Of a DNA stretch of 64,000 nucleotides, positions 62,986 to 64,000 are shown piece by piece. The notes below the pieces were generated by a model. That model did no database searches. It was not told the origin of the DNA and worked only from the letters and a program-made list of their open reading frames with translations. Position 1 is the stretch's first letter. Every line of letters begins with the position of its first letter. The translations under genes were made by a program, and so were the position numbers. Origin of the DNA: a virus; IMG/VR virus record IMGVR_UViG_3300020118_000164, positions 1 to 64,000 of that record, one strand, 5' to 3'.

Positions 62986-64000
62986 GTGAGCGGCGACACC
63001 GTCACCCGCACCGTCCGGGTCACCATCGACAGCAGCTCCGGCAAGGTAGCGATGTCGGACATGAAGAGCGGCGGCGATGCCGCCGCCGCCTCCATGCGTT
63101 CGCTGAGCACCGCAACCAATACCATTCAGGAGCAGTACCGCCGTCTCGCCTCCACTCTAGACCCGGTCATCGCGGGGCATATCAAGTATGAGAACGCGCA
63201 GCACACCCTCGCTGAGGCGCTGAATCGCGGGATCATCTCTCAGACGCAATACAACGCGCAGCTCGCCGCAGCCAAGAGCAAATTCGAGGATGCCGGACAG
63301 GCGGCTGGCGGATTCGCGGAGGCCCTGAGCGGCAAGATCAAGGACGCCCTCCTAGAGCTGGCGGCCATGGCTGTTGGCTTCCTGACGGTTCAACAGGCCG
63401 TCGAGCAGCTCAAGCAATCCGTCGAGGACTTCGGCAAGTTCCAGGACAGCCTCCTCGCCATCGCAGCGAACACGGGGGCCGCCGCGGATCAGATGCGGCT
63501 GCTCTCGGACGCCTCTAAGGATATCGGCGCCAATACCAAGTTCGGGGCCGACCAGGCGGCGGACGGCCTCAAGGTCCTGACCAAGGCCGGTTTCTCGGTT
63601 TCTGATTCCATCGGCCAGCTCCCGCAGGTCGAACACCTCGCGATCATCGGCACCATCGGCCTCGCGGATGCGGCCGACAACCTTGCGAAGACGCTGGAGC
63701 GCTTCAACCTTCCGGCGTCAGAGTCGCAGCATGTCGTCGATACTCTGGCCACGGTCGCAGCGCACAGCAGGGTATCGATAAGCGCCCTCGTGGACACGAT
63801 GAAGATCGCAGGCCCCACCGCTGGCGCGATGGGTCTGCAATTCAACGACGTGGCCGCGACCCTTGGGGTCATGGCGAAAAACGATGCCGCCCTCCGGCAG
63901 ATGGGCGGAGCCGTTGTCACCGCCCTATCGGCGCTTTCTATCGGTAGTAAGAAGGTCACCGACGACCTAGGGCGCCTCAATCTCAAGCTTGCCGATGTAA
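62986..64000 (+). CDS. tape measure protein (TP901-family-like), 5' part
   Basis: GTG at 62986, open to the window end; T.FGA.QAADGL..L..AG, AGP.A...G..F.DVAA.LG.MA. Confidence 0.9.
   Translation, partial: MSGDTVTRTVRVTIDSSSGKVAMSDMKSGGDAAAASMRSLSTATNTIQEQYRRLASTLDPVIAGHIKYENAQHTLAEALNRGIISQTQYNAQLAAAKSKFEDAGQAAGGFAEALSGKIKDALLELAAMAVGFLTVQQAVEQLKQSVEDFGKFQDSLLAIAANTGAAADQMRLLSDASKDIGANTKFGADQAADGLKVLTKAGFSVSDSIGQLPQVEHLAIIGTIGLADAADNLAKTLERFNLPASESQHVVDTLATVAAHSRVSISALVDTMKIAGPTAGAMGLQFNDVAATLGVMAKNDAALRQMGGAVVTALSALSIGSKKVTDDLGRLNLKLADV

Larger units (their letters stand above)
1..64000. mobile_element. Tailed dsDNA phage/prophage genome segment (HK97-fold head, tail tube and tape measure)
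   Basis: Terminase, portal, protease, capsid, connector, tail tube, chaperone and tape measure in canonical order; phage-type replication genes; dense small ORFs with ATGA/GTGA overlaps. Confidence 0.97.

Overview
The whole window is a high-GC tailed dsDNA phage or prophage with an HK97-type head and a probably non-contractile tail. No host housekeeping genes, integrase or lysis cassette are recognisable in it. Layout: (1) 1-11.1 kb is a minus-strand accessory arm (DNA methyltransferase, SNF2-like helicase, a broken HNH-AP2 endonuclease, a BCS1-like AAA ATPase, many small hypotheticals). (2) 11.2-38.5 kb is a mainly plus-strand arm (Cas4/RecB-like nuclease with a Gp3-like recombination protein, DUF5131, DUF1643, HNH, an HD hydrolase, a TAGT/GREB1-like glycosyltransferase, initiator and DnaB). 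(3) 38.5-42.6 kb is a fibre-like cluster. (4) 46.2-64 kb covers packaging, head and tail genes up to a partial tape measure gene. The most striking signals are four. First, a Ro60/TROVE gene preceded by two tandem, covarying Y-RNA-like hairpin units without a tRNA-like arm sits between terS and terL. Second, a ~650-nt densely structured probable ncRNA lies at 37.1-37.8 kb. Third, a 15-bp palindrome (CACCATGCTATGGTG) occurs in 11 sigma70-like promoters in three different positions/orientations, and a second operator family has three sites. Fourth, several virion-like proteins carry N-terminal signal peptides. All family assignments are from motif recognition by eye; no searches were run.
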